A stretch of DNA of 64,000 nucleotides from Candidatus Rariloculaceae bacterium (lineage in GTDB: Bacteria; Pseudomonadota; Gammaproteobacteria; Steroidobacterales; Rariloculaceae), in NCBI GenBank assembly GCA_965237785.1, contig OZ250159.1, forward strand, positions 455,989 to 519,988, in the 5' to 3' direction. Positions 38,401 through 47,600 of the stretch are shown piece by piece. The translations under genes were made by a program, and so were the position numbers. Within the stretch, counting starts at the first letter, position 1; every line of letters starts with the position of its first letter. The notes beneath the pieces were generated by a model. That model was not told where the DNA came from. It searched no databases and worked only from the letters and a program-made list of their open reading frames with translations.

Positions 38401-41400
38401 GTCAGTTTGTTGTGGCGCGCAACGCCCGTATCGAGGTCGCGGTCGAAGAAGATCCAGACCTTGTCGCCATGGCGCTCGATGCGCTCGACCTCGGGCGCGC
38501 CCCGGTTCGAACCCTGGCCCGTCCCGCCGACGTTGTACACCGTCGTCCACGGCCCCGGGCCGCGCTCGTTCTCCCAACGCACCCGCACGTCGTAGGCCTG
38601 CCCGGCCGCGACGTCGAAGATGACGTCGCTGTCGCGTCCGGTGCGCTTCTGGCCGCGCCAGCCCTCCCTCTCGCCGGGCGATGCCCACGCCTTGCCGGCG
38701 CGCTGCCACTGGATGCGGTAGTCGACGCCCACCGGGTCCAGGTCGAAGTTCACCCGCAGGTCCGGCTGCGCGTTCCCGTTGTAATCGATCGGTTCCACCG
38801 TGACGTGCCCCGGCGCCTCCGGCGGCCCGGTCACCCCGCGCACCGTGAGGGTCAGGCGCTTCGACAGCCCGTTCGACCCCGCGCACATCGCGCCCGCGCC
38901 GGGACACGGCAGCGGCTGGACCCTCACGGTCACGTCTTCCGTGCCCGTCGGCGTCAGCTCCATCCGAATGCGGTGGTACGCCGTGTCGATGAAGCGCACG
39001 GTGGCGCCGGTCACCCGCAGCGCCCCGTTCGGCCCGAGCCACTGGTCCGGGGCCGGGCCACGCGCGCATACCGTGAATGACGAGAGGCTCTGGTACTGCT
39101 CCCAGGTGAGTGGCTGGCACCGCTCAGTCAGCAACACGTAGTCGCCCGCCCGCCGGAACTGCACCGCGAGCTGGAACGGCTCGCCGAAGTGGATGTCCGG
39201 CAGGGGACCGCCCCACCCGGCCACGTCGTCCGCGCCGCCTCTCACCGCCGTGAAATGGGCGTCGATCGAGCCGAAGGAGCCCTCGTCGTCCGTGACCGTA
39301 ACCTCCACGTCGCCCGCCGTCACCCCGTTGTAGTTCGCGCCCCTCACCCGGTGGCTGACCGTGGCGAGGTCGTCCTCGTCGTCCGCGTCATGGTCCGCCG
39401 ACACCGTCACGTCCTGCGGCTCGGCCCAGTTCATGGCCGTGAAGGTCAGCGCAGCCGATACCCTCACTTCGGCGTTGTCCACCACCCGCGGCGTCACCGT
39501 CACCGGTCCCGTGGGCGGCGCCTTCAATACGACCGTGTAGGTCGCCTCGGCGCCCTCGTCGACCGCCAGCGACGTCGCGCTCAGCGTCACGCCCGCGGCG
39601 GTGGCGGTGGCGCCCGAACCGGGTTCCGACCACTCGCTGTCGGTCTCGCCGTTCAGCGCCCGCACCCGCACCTGGTAGCTGGTGTCCGCGGACAGGCCCG
39701 TGATCGGCGCGCTCGTGCCGGTGACGTTCTGCGGGCCGTCCATGAAGTCGTCGCCGGTGCCCGGGCGGTATTGCAGGTCGTAGCCTGCGATGTCCGGGCC
39801 GCCGTTCAGACCCGGTTTCGTCCAGGTCACCTCCAGGCTCGTGGTCGAGCCCGGCGTCGCGCCCACCGACGGCGCCGCCGGCGTCTCCGGCTGCTCGTCC
39901 GCGTCGGTCACGTTGATCGTCACGGCGATGCTTTCGGCGCCGCCGTTGCCGTCGGAGACCGAAACCGTCACCGCGTAGCTGGACTTCGCCTCGAAATTCA
40001 ACGCCGCCTTGGTCCGGAGCTGCCCGGAGGTCGAGACCATGGCGAAGGCCGCGGCGTCCGTCCCGCCCAGGGTGTAGGTCAGCGTGTCGCCCGTGTCCGT
40101 ATCCGCGGCCGCGACACGATCCCCGATATCGGCGCCCGCCGCCGTGTTCTCGGCCACGCTGCGCGTGGCGCTCGCGCCCTCGGTGAAGGTCGGGGCATTG
40201 TTGGCGGGCGACCCGGTGTTGCCGGTTCCCGACGGGGACCACTCGCTGGGGGTCTCGCCGTTCAGCGCCCGGACCTGCACCTGGTACCTGGTGGCCGCGT
40301 TCAGGCCCGTGATCGGCGCGCTCGTGCCGGTGACGTTCTGCGGGCCGTCCATGAAGTCGCCGCTGGTGCCAGGGCGGTATTGCAGGTCGTAGCCGGCGAT
40401 GGCCGGGCCGCCGTTCAGCCCCGGCGCGGTCCAGCTCACCGTCAGGCTGGCGGTGGTTCCGGCGGTGGCGCTGACGTCCGGCGCGGCGGGCCTCGCCGGC
40501 TGCTCGTCCGCGTCGGTCACGTTGATCGTCACGGCGATGCTGTCGGCGCCGCCGTTGCCGTCGGAGACCGAAACCGTCACCGCGTAGCTGGACTTCGCCT
40601 CGAAATTCAGCGCCGCCTTGGTCCGGAGCTGGCCGGAGGTCGAGACCATGGCGAAGGCCGCGGCGTCCGTCCCGCCCAGGGTGTAGGTCAGCGTGTCGCC
40701 CGTGTCCGTATCCGCGGCCGCGACACGATCCCCGATATCGGCGCCCGCCGCCGTGTTCTCGGCGACGCTGCGCGTGGCGCTCGCGCCCTCGGTGAAGGTC
40801 GGGGCATTGTTGGCGGGGTCAACCGTCCCGCTCAAGGGATAGGCCGCGCTGGTCAGTGCCTCGTCGTTGCCCTCGTTATCCTGGAAGCTGACCCGCACCT
40901 TGATCTTCTTGCCCTCGTCGTCCGCCACCAGCGCGTAGGTGTACAAGTCTGTCCCGATGTTCACCGGGTTCGTCCCGTCCGCATTCACCCGGACCCACTG
41001 CAAGGTGTAGTCGTCCGGGAAGGTGTCCGGCAGCCCGTCGGTGTCGGCGATGTTGTCGATCGCCGCGGTCAGCGTCTCCCCGACCCGCGCCGTGCCGGAT
41101 ATCGCCGGCGCCCCGGTGGCGGGGTTGTTGGCCACGCCAACCGTTGCGGTGCCCGACGGGTATGGCTCGCTGGTCACTTCCTCGTCGGCGCCACCCTTGT
41201 CCTGGAAGCTCACCTCCACCTTGATCTTCTTGCCCACGTCGGCCGCCACCAGCGCGTAGGTGTACAAGTCTGTCCCGATGTTCACCGGGTTCGTATCGTC
41301 CGCATTCACCCGGACCCACTGGAAGGTGTAGTCGTCCGGGAAGGTGTCCGGCAGCATGTCGGTGTCGGCGATGTTGCCGATCGCCGCGGTCAGCGTCTCG

Positions 41401-41675
41401 CCGGCCCGCGCCGTCCCGGATATGGCCGGCGCGCCGGTGGCGAAGTTGTTGTCCACGCCAACCGTCCCGCTCGCGGGATAGGCGGCACTGGTCACTTCCT
41501 CGTCGGCGCCGCCCTTGTCCTGGAAGCTCACCTCCACCTTGATCTTCTTGCCCACGTCGGCCGCCACCAGCGCGTAGGTGTACAAGTCTGTCCCGATGTT
41601 CACCGGGTTCGTATCGTCCGCATTCACCCGGACCCACTGGAAGGTGTAGTCGTCCGGGAAGGTGTCCGGCAGCAT
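35433..41675 (-). CDS. giant adhesin, C-terminal segment (Ig-like repeats, cadherin-Fn3 x2, Calx-beta x2, autotransporter beta-barrel)
   Basis: The apparent ATG 41675 is an internal Met of the repeat (…DTDMLPDTF…). Contains NAPTFTEGASATRSVAENTAAGADIG...DTDTGDTLTYTL (cadherin-like), Fn3 (LTVSWTAPGLNGGPAIAGYDLQYR), two Calx-beta blocks, NSDPMPKAWLARFGRT, and a barrel ending LQGSVRW. Confidence 0.88.
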   Translation of the reverse strand: MLPDTFPDDYTFQWVRVNADDTNPVNIGTDLYTYALVAADVGKKIKVEVSFQDKGGADEEVTSAAYPASGTVGVDNNFATGAPAISGTARAGETLTAAIGNIADTDMLPDTFPDDYTFQWVRVNADDTNPVNIGTDLYTYALVAADVGKKIKVEVSFQDKGGADEEVTSEPYPSGTATVGVANNPATGAPAISGTARVGETLTAAIDNIADTDGLPDTFPDDYTLQWVRVNADGTNPVNIGTDLYTYALVADDEGKKIKVRVSFQDNEGNDEALTSAAYPLSGTVDPANNAPTFTEGASATRSVAENTAAGADIGDRVAAADTDTGDTLTYTLGGTDAAAFAMVSTSGQLRTKAALNFEAKSSYAVTVSVSDGNGGADSIAVTINVTDADEQPARPAAPDVSATAGTTASLTVSWTAPGLNGGPAIAGYDLQYRPGTSGDFMDGPQNVTGTSAPITGLNAATRYQVQVRALNGETPSEWSPSGTGNTGSPANNAPTFTEGASATRSVAENTAAGADIGDRVAAADTDTGDTLTYTLGGTDAAAFAMVSTSGQLRTKAALNFEAKSSYAVTVSVSDGNGGAESIAVTINVTDADEQPETPAAPSVGATPGSTTSLEVTWTKPGLNGGPDIAGYDLQYRPGTGDDFMDGPQNVTGTSAPITGLSADTSYQVRVRALNGETDSEWSEPGSGATATAAGVTLSATSLAVDEGAEATYTVVLKAPPTGPVTVTPRVVDNAEVRVSAALTFTAMNWAEPQDVTVSADHDADDEDDLATVSHRVRGANYNGVTAGDVEVTVTDDEGSFGSIDAHFTAVRGGADDVAGWGGPLPDIHFGEPFQLAVQFRRAGDYVLLTERCQPLTWEQYQSLSSFTVCARGPAPDQWLGPNGALRVTGATVRFIDTAYHRIRMELTPTGTEDVTVRVQPLPCPGAGAMCAGSNGLSKRLTLTVRGVTGPPEAPGHVTVEPIDYNGNAQPDLRVNFDLDPVGVDYRIQWQRAGKAWASPGEREGWRGQKRTGRDSDVIFDVAAGQAYDVRVRWENERGPGPWTTVYNVGGTGQGSNRGAPEVERIERHGDKVWIFFDRDLDTGVARHNKLTPQFGVHYSESAPAGLPDTLAANSVNLTEIVQARNGSACTSNGQACRIVRLTLNPVIRGGTEYDGPSDGETVSVSYWKSYEESDNLRAAGKWHSVPHVAEFSRIVADPVGTTPALSVADAEGREGTNPAIRFAVRLSPAAAGEVTVRYYTSSGTATVRADYEETTGTLTFAAGEWRKIVEVPIVDDEDKDSGETFYFHLYEARGAQIGDDRATGTILNREDEAPGDSASGADTDREPAEGDAAEDDPVEDDPAEDDPAEDDPAEDDAAEDDPAEDDPVEEEAVEEGPPPPALSVADASVDEKENDATLLDFAVTLNRAPSTTVTVDYATADGAGANPATAGQDYHSRSGTLTFARGQQRRIVSIAVLDDSHDEGAETLTMTLSNPSGATIADGKATGTINNSDPMPKAWLARFGRTSSVQTVDAIRERLTGGPRRPEENQFTVGGRRVDQLLNELRSAARGGNAKETADRAAPDRRLEDESAWERMDRLKAESMGWWATPGSIGLAAGGSAGGAPRMGGPAPTGLSSSGASRSGSNDAGLASAELASAGLPSAARAGLEDLVSAGLSSAGVLPAGLSSAGLLSTARPFADLLSRGREDWRALLMGSSFDYSRTLDDGAGTANGLASWSAWGRAAETRFSGADGKLSIDGEVATATVGADARWGRWLAGVAVSHSFGEGAYSHASAGAGGELTSRLTSVNPYANFTLNERLSLWGAVGYGVGDLALRSERADDAIGTGLESALAAFGGRGVFSRRGGGLELAVVSDALFTNTVSEAATGLMGAEGASSRVRLMLEGSGSMALSNGAVLRPTLEAGLRYDGGDAETGAGVELGGGVAYTAGRVSVEVNVRGLVAHEDAAYEEWGFSGSVKWQPNEDGRGWAMDAGSSWGDTASGVNALWSRQDASGIARGAGMDAARRLHAELGYGLEGRRGRALWVPFLGTEASAGQRALRMGVKLTSGANLEAGLELGRRTGTRGVAEAALRLQGSVRW
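37566..37695 (-). repeat. 15-nt in-frame tandem repeat encoding an acidic (A/V)EDDP spacer
   Basis: ggccgggtcatcctc / ggccgcgtcgtcctc / ggccgggtcgtcctc / ggccggatcatcctc / agccgggtcatcctc / aaccgggtcgtcctc... It translates as DAAEDDPVEDDPAEDDPAEDDPAEDDAAEDDPAEDDPVEE. Confidence 0.9.
39600..40817 (-). repeat. 609-nt tandem duplication (cadherin-like plus Fn3 pair x2)
   Basis: The sequence gaaaccgtcaccgcgtagctggacttcgcctcgaaattca... at 39961 recurs at 40570 (offset 609). The cadherin halves are near-identical and the Fn3 halves are more diverged. Confidence 0.9.
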
Positions 41676-44600
41676 CGTCGGTGTCGGCGATGTTGCCGAT
41701 CGCCGCGGTCAGCGTCTCGCCGGCCCGCGCCGTCCCGGATATCGCCGGCGCGCCGGTGGCGGGGTTGTTGGCGGCGGCCACCGTTGCGGTGCCCGACGGG
41801 TATGGCTCGCTGGTCACTTCCTCGTCGTTGCCGTCGTCGTCCTGGAAGCTCACCTCCACCTTGATCTTCTTGCCCACGTCGGCCGCGACCAGCGCGTAGG
41901 TGCCGGAGTCTGTCCCGATGTTCACCGGGTTCGTCCCGTCCGCGTCCACCCGGACCCACTGCAAGGTGTAGTCGTCCGGGAAGGTGGCCGGCAGCCCGTC
42001 GGCGTCGGCGATGGTGTCTTTCGCCGCGGTCAGCGTCTCGCCGGCCCGCGCCGTCCCGGATATCGCCGGCGCGCCGGTGGCGGGGTTGTTGGCGGCGGCC
42101 ACCGTTGCGGTGCCCGACGGGTATGGCTCGCTGGTCACTTCCTCGTCGTTGCCGTCGTCGTCCTGGAAGCTGACCTCCACCTTGATCTTCTTGCCCACGT
42201 CGGCCGCGACCAGCGCGTAGGTGCCGGAGTCCGTCCCGATGTTCACCGGGTTCGTCCCGTCCGCGTCCACCCGGACCCACTGCAAGGTGTAGTCGTCCGG
42301 GAAGGTGGCGGGCAGCCCGTCGGCGTCGGCGATGGTGTCTTTCGCCGCGGTCAGCGTCTCGCCGGCCCGCGCCGTCCCGGATATCGCCGGCGCGCCGGTG
42401 GCGGGGTTGTTGGCGGCGGCCACCGTTGCGGTGCCCGACGGGTATGGCTCGCTGGTCACTTCCTCGTCGTTGCCGTCGTCGTCCTGGAAGCTCACCTCCA
42501 CCTTGATCTTCTTGCCCACGTCGGCCGCGACCAGCGCGTAGGTGCCGGAGTCTGTCCCGATGTTCACCGGGTTCGTCCCGTCCGCGTCCACCCGGACCCA
42601 CTGCAAGGTGTAGTCGTCCGGGAAGGTGGCGGGCAGCCCGTCGGCGTCGGCGATGGTGTCTTTCGCCGCGGTCAGCGTCTCGCCGGCCCGCGCCGTCCCG
42701 GATATCGCCGGCGCGCCGGTGGCGGGGTTGTTGGCGACGCCAACCGTTGCGGTGCCCGACGGGTATGGCTCGCTGGTCACTTCCTCGTCGTTGCCGTCGT
42801 CGTCCTGGAAGCTGACCCGCACCTTGATCTTCTTGCCCTCGTCCGCCGCGACCAGCATGTAGGTGCTTGAGTCCGTCCCGATGTCGACCGAGTTCGACTC
42901 GCCGTCCGCGTCCACCCGGACCCACTGCAAGGTGTAGTCGTCCGGGAAGGTGTCCGGCAGCCCGTCGGCGTCGGCGATGGTGTCTTTCGCCGCGGTCAGC
43001 GTCTCGCCGGCCCGCGCCGTCCCGGATATCGCCGGCGCGCCGGTGGCGGGGTTGTTGGCGGCGGCCACCGTTGCGGTGCCCGACGGGTATGGCTCGCTGG
43101 TCACTTCCTCGTCGTTGCCGTCGTCGTCCTGGAAGCTCACCTCCACCTTGATCTTCTTGCCCACGTCGGCCGCGACCAGCGCGTAGGTGCCGGAGTCCGT
43201 CCCGATGTTCACCGGGTTCGTCCCGTCCGCGTCCACCCGGACCCACTGCAAGGTGTAGTCGTCCGGGAAGGTGGCGGGCAGCCCGTCGGCGTCGGCGATG
43301 GTGTCTTTCGCCGCGGTCAGCGTCTCGCCGGCCCGCGCCGTCCCGGATATCGCCGGCGCGCCGGTGGCGGGGTTGTTGGCGGCGGCCACCGTTGCGGTGC
43401 CCGACGGGTATGGCTCGCTGGTCACTTCCTCGTCGTTGCCGTCGTCGTCCTGGAAGCTCACCTCCACCTTGATCTTCTTGCCCACGTCGGCCGCGACCAG
43501 CGCGTAGGTGCCGGAGTCCGTCCCGATGTCGACCGAGTTCGACTCGCCGTCCGCGTCCACCCGGACCCACTGCAAGGTGTAGTCGTCCGGGAAGGTGGCC
43601 GGCAGCCCGTCGGCGTCGGCGATGGTGTCTTTCGCCGCGGTCAGCGTCTCCCCGACCCGCGCCGTGCCGGAAATCGCCGGGACGCCGGTGGCGGGGTTGT
43701 TGGCGACGCCAACCGTTGCGGTGCCCGACGGGTATGGCTCGCTGGTCACTTCCTCGTCGTTGCCGTCGTCGTCCTGGAAGCTGACCTCCACCTTGATCTT
43801 CTTGCCCACGTCGGCCGCCACCAGCGCGTAGGTGTACAAGTCTGTCCCGATGTTCACCGGGTTCGTCCCGTCCGCGTCCACCCGGACCCACTGCAAGGTG
43901 TAGTCGTCCGGGAAGGTGGCCGGCAGCCCGTCGGCGTCGGCGATGGTGTCTTTCGCCGCGGTCAGCGTCTCCCCGACCCGCGCCGTGCCGGAAATCGCCG
44001 GGACGCCGGTGGCGGGGTTGTTGGCGACGCCAACCGTTGCGGTGCCCGACGGGTATGGCTCGCTGGTCACTTCCTCGTCGTTGCCGTCGTCGTCCTGGAA
44101 GCTGACCTCCACCTTGATCTTCTTGCCCACGTCGGCCGCCACCAGCGCGTAGGTGTACAAGTCTGTCCCGATGTTCACCGGGTTCGTCCCGTCCGCGTCC
44201 ACCCGGACCCACTGCAAGGTGTAGTCGTCCGGGAAGGTGGCGGGCAGCCCGTCGGTGTCCTCGATGCTGCCCCGCGCCGCGGTCAGCGTCTCCCCGACCC
44301 GCGCCGTGCCGGAAATCGCCGGGACGCCGGTGGCGGGGTTGTTGGCGGCGGCCACGGCGAGGGAAACCTTCACCCTGTCGCCTTCGTTCCAGGAGAGCCC
44401 GGCGGCGTCGAATGCGAACACAAGCTGGCTGCCGAGGCCGGCGGTGAAGGTGAAGGTTTCGGAGCCGAGGGTGAGGGCGAGCTCCTCGCTGCCCAGCAGC
44501 CCGTCGGCAGGGGTGGTGCCGGAGATGCGGCGTATCTGGAGACTGAGCTGCCCGCCCGTGCCACTGTTGTAGGCGACGTAGGGGACGCCGACGACGGCGG

Positions 44601-47600
44601 TGCCGCGGGTAAAGCTGTCGGGGGAGAGCGAGCCGATGTCGACGGGAGGTAAATCGCTGTAGCCGTAAAGGGTGCTGAGGTTCCCGACGGTGAGGGTGGC
44701 GCACCACAGGACCTCGCAGGCCTCCGCCACTGTTTCCATCCCCGAGGGATAGGCGGCGCCGGTCAGTGCCTCGTCGTTGCCCTCGTTATCCTGGAAGCTG
44801 ACCCGCACCTTGATCTTCTTGCCCTCGTCCGCCGCGACCAGCATGTAGGTGCTTGAGTCCGTCCCGATGTCGACCGAGTTCGACTCGCCGTCCGCGTCCA
44901 CCCGGACCCACTGCAAGGTGTAGTCGTCCGGGAAGGTGGCCGGCAGCCCGTCGGCGTCGGCGATGTTGTCTTTCGCCGCGGTCAGCGTCTCGCCGGCCCG
45001 CGCCGTCCCGGATATCGCCGGCGCGCCGGTGGCGGGGTTGTTGGCGACGCCAACCGTTGCGGTGCCCGACGGGTATGGCTCGCTGGTCACTTCCTCGTCG
45101 TTGCCGTCGTCGTCCTGGAAGCTGACCCGCACCTTGATCTTCTTGCCCTCGTCCGCCGCGACCAGCATGTAGGTGCTTGAGTCCGTCCCGATGTCGACCG
45201 AGTTCGACTCGCCGTCCGCGTCCACCCGGACCCACTGCAAGGTGTAGTCGTCCGGGAAGGTGTCCGGCAGCCCGTCGGCGTCGGCGATGGTGTCTTTCGC
45301 CGCGGTCAGCGTCTCGCCGGCCCGCGCCGTCCCGGATATCGCCGGCGCGCCGGTGGCGGGGTTGTTGGCGGCGGCCACCGTTGCGGTGCCCGACGGGTAT
45401 GGCTCGCTGGTCACTTCCTCGTCGTTGCCGTCGTCGTCCTGGAAGCTCACCTCCACCTTGATCTTCTTGCCCACGTCGGCCGCGACCAGCGCGTAGGTGC
45501 CGGAGTCCGTCCCGATGTTCACCGGGTTCGTCCCGTCCGCGTCCACCCGGACCCACTGCAAGGTGTAGTCGTCCGGGAAGGTGGCCGGCAGCCCGTCGGC
45601 GTCGGCGATGGTGTCTTTCGCCGCGGTCAGCGTCTCGCCGGCCCGCGCCGTCCCGGATATCGCCGGCGCGCCGGTGGCGGGGTTGTTGGCGGCGGCCACC
45701 GTTGCGGTGCCCGACGGGTATGGCTCGCTGGTCACTTCCTCGTCGTTGCCGTCGTCGTCCTGGAAGCTCACCTCCACCTTGATCTTCTTGCCCACGTCGG
45801 CCGCGACCAGCGCGTAGGTGCCGGAGTCCGTCCCGATGTTCACCGGGTTCGACTCGCCGTCCGCGTCCACCCGGACCCACTGCAAGGTGTAGTCGTCCGG
45901 GAAGGTGGCCGGCAGCCCGTCGGCGTCGGCGATGGTGTCTTTCGCCGCGGTCAGCGTCTCCCCGGCCCGCGCCGTGCCGGATATCGCCGGCGCGCCGGTG
46001 GCGGGGTTGTTGGCGGCGCCAACCGTTGCGGTGCCCGACGGGTATGGCTCGCTGGTCACTTCCTCGTCGTTGCCGTCGTCGTCCTGGAAGCTGACCTCCA
46101 CCTTGATCTTCTTGCCCACGTCCGCCGCGACCAGCGCGTAGGTGCTTGAGTCCGTCCCGATGTCGACCGAGTTCGACTCGCCGTCCGCGTCCACCCGGAC
46201 CCACTGCAAGGTGTAGTCGTCCGGGAAGGTGGCGGGCAGCCCGTCGGCGTCGGCGATGGTGTCTTTCGCCGCGGTCAGCGTCTCGCCGGCCCGCGCCGTG
46301 CCGGATATCGCCGGCGCGCCGGTGGCGGGGTTGTTGGCGGCGCCAACCGTTGCGGTGCCCGACGGGTATGGCTCGCTGGTCACTTCCTCGTCGTTGCCGT
46401 CGTCGTCCTGGAAGCTGACCTCCACCTTGATCTTCTTGCCCACGTCGGCCGCCACCAGCGCGTAGGTGTACAAGTCTGTCCCGATGTTCACCGGGTTCGT
46501 CCCGTCCGCGTCCACCCGGACCCACTGCAAGGTGTAGTCGTCCGGGAAGGTGGCCGGCAGCCCGTCGGCGTCGGCGATGGTGTCTTTCGCCGCGGTCAGC
46601 GTCTCGCCGGCCCGCGCCGTGCCGGATATCGCCGGCGCGCCGGTGGCGGGGTTGTTGGCGGCGGCCACGGCGAGGGAAACCTTCACCCTGTCGCCTTCGT
46701 TCCAGGAGAGCCCGGCGGCGTCGAATGCGAACACAAGCTGGCTGCCGAGGCCGGCGGTGAAGGTGAAGGTTTCGGAGCCGAGGGTGAGGGCGAGCTCCTC
46801 GCTGCCCAGCAGCCCGTCGGCAGGGGTGGTGCCGGAGATGCGGCGTATCTGGAGACTGAGCTGCCCGCCCGTGCCACTGTTGTAGGCGACGTAGGGGACG
46901 CCGACGACGGCGGTGCCGCGGGTGAAGCTGTCGGGGGAGAGCGAGCCGATGTCGACGGGAGGTAAATCGCTGTAGCCGTAGAGGGTGCTGAGGTTCCCGA
47001 CGGTGAGGGTGGCGCACCACAGGACCTCGCAGGCCTCCGCCACTGTTTCCATCCCCGAGGGATAGGCGGCGCCGGTCAGTGCCTCGTCGTTGCCCTCGTT
47101 ATCCTGGAAGCTGACCCGCACCTTGATCTTCTTGCCCTCGTCCGCCGCGACCAGCATGTAGGTGCTTGAGTCCGTCCCGATGTCGACCGAGTTCGACTCG
47201 CCGTCCGCGTCCACCCGGACCCACTGCAAGGTGTAGTCGTCCGGGAAGGTGGCGGGCAGCCCGTCGGTGTCGGCGATGGTGTCTTTCGCCGCGGTCAGCG
47301 TCTCCCCGGCCCGCGCCGTCCCGGATATCGCCGGCGCGCCGGTGGCGGGGTTGTTGGCGGCGGCCACCGTTGCGGTGCCCGACGGGTATGGCTCGCTGGT
47401 CACTTCCTCGTCGTTGCCGTCGTCGTCCTGGAAGCTGACCTCCACCTTGATCTTCTTGCCCACGTCCGCCGCGACCAGCGCGTAGGTGCTTGAGTCCGTC
47501 CCGATGTCGACCGGGTTCGACTCGCCGTCCGCGTCCACCCGGACCCACTGCAAGGTGTAGTCGTCCGGGAAGGTGGCCGGCAGCCCGTCGGCGTCGGCGA

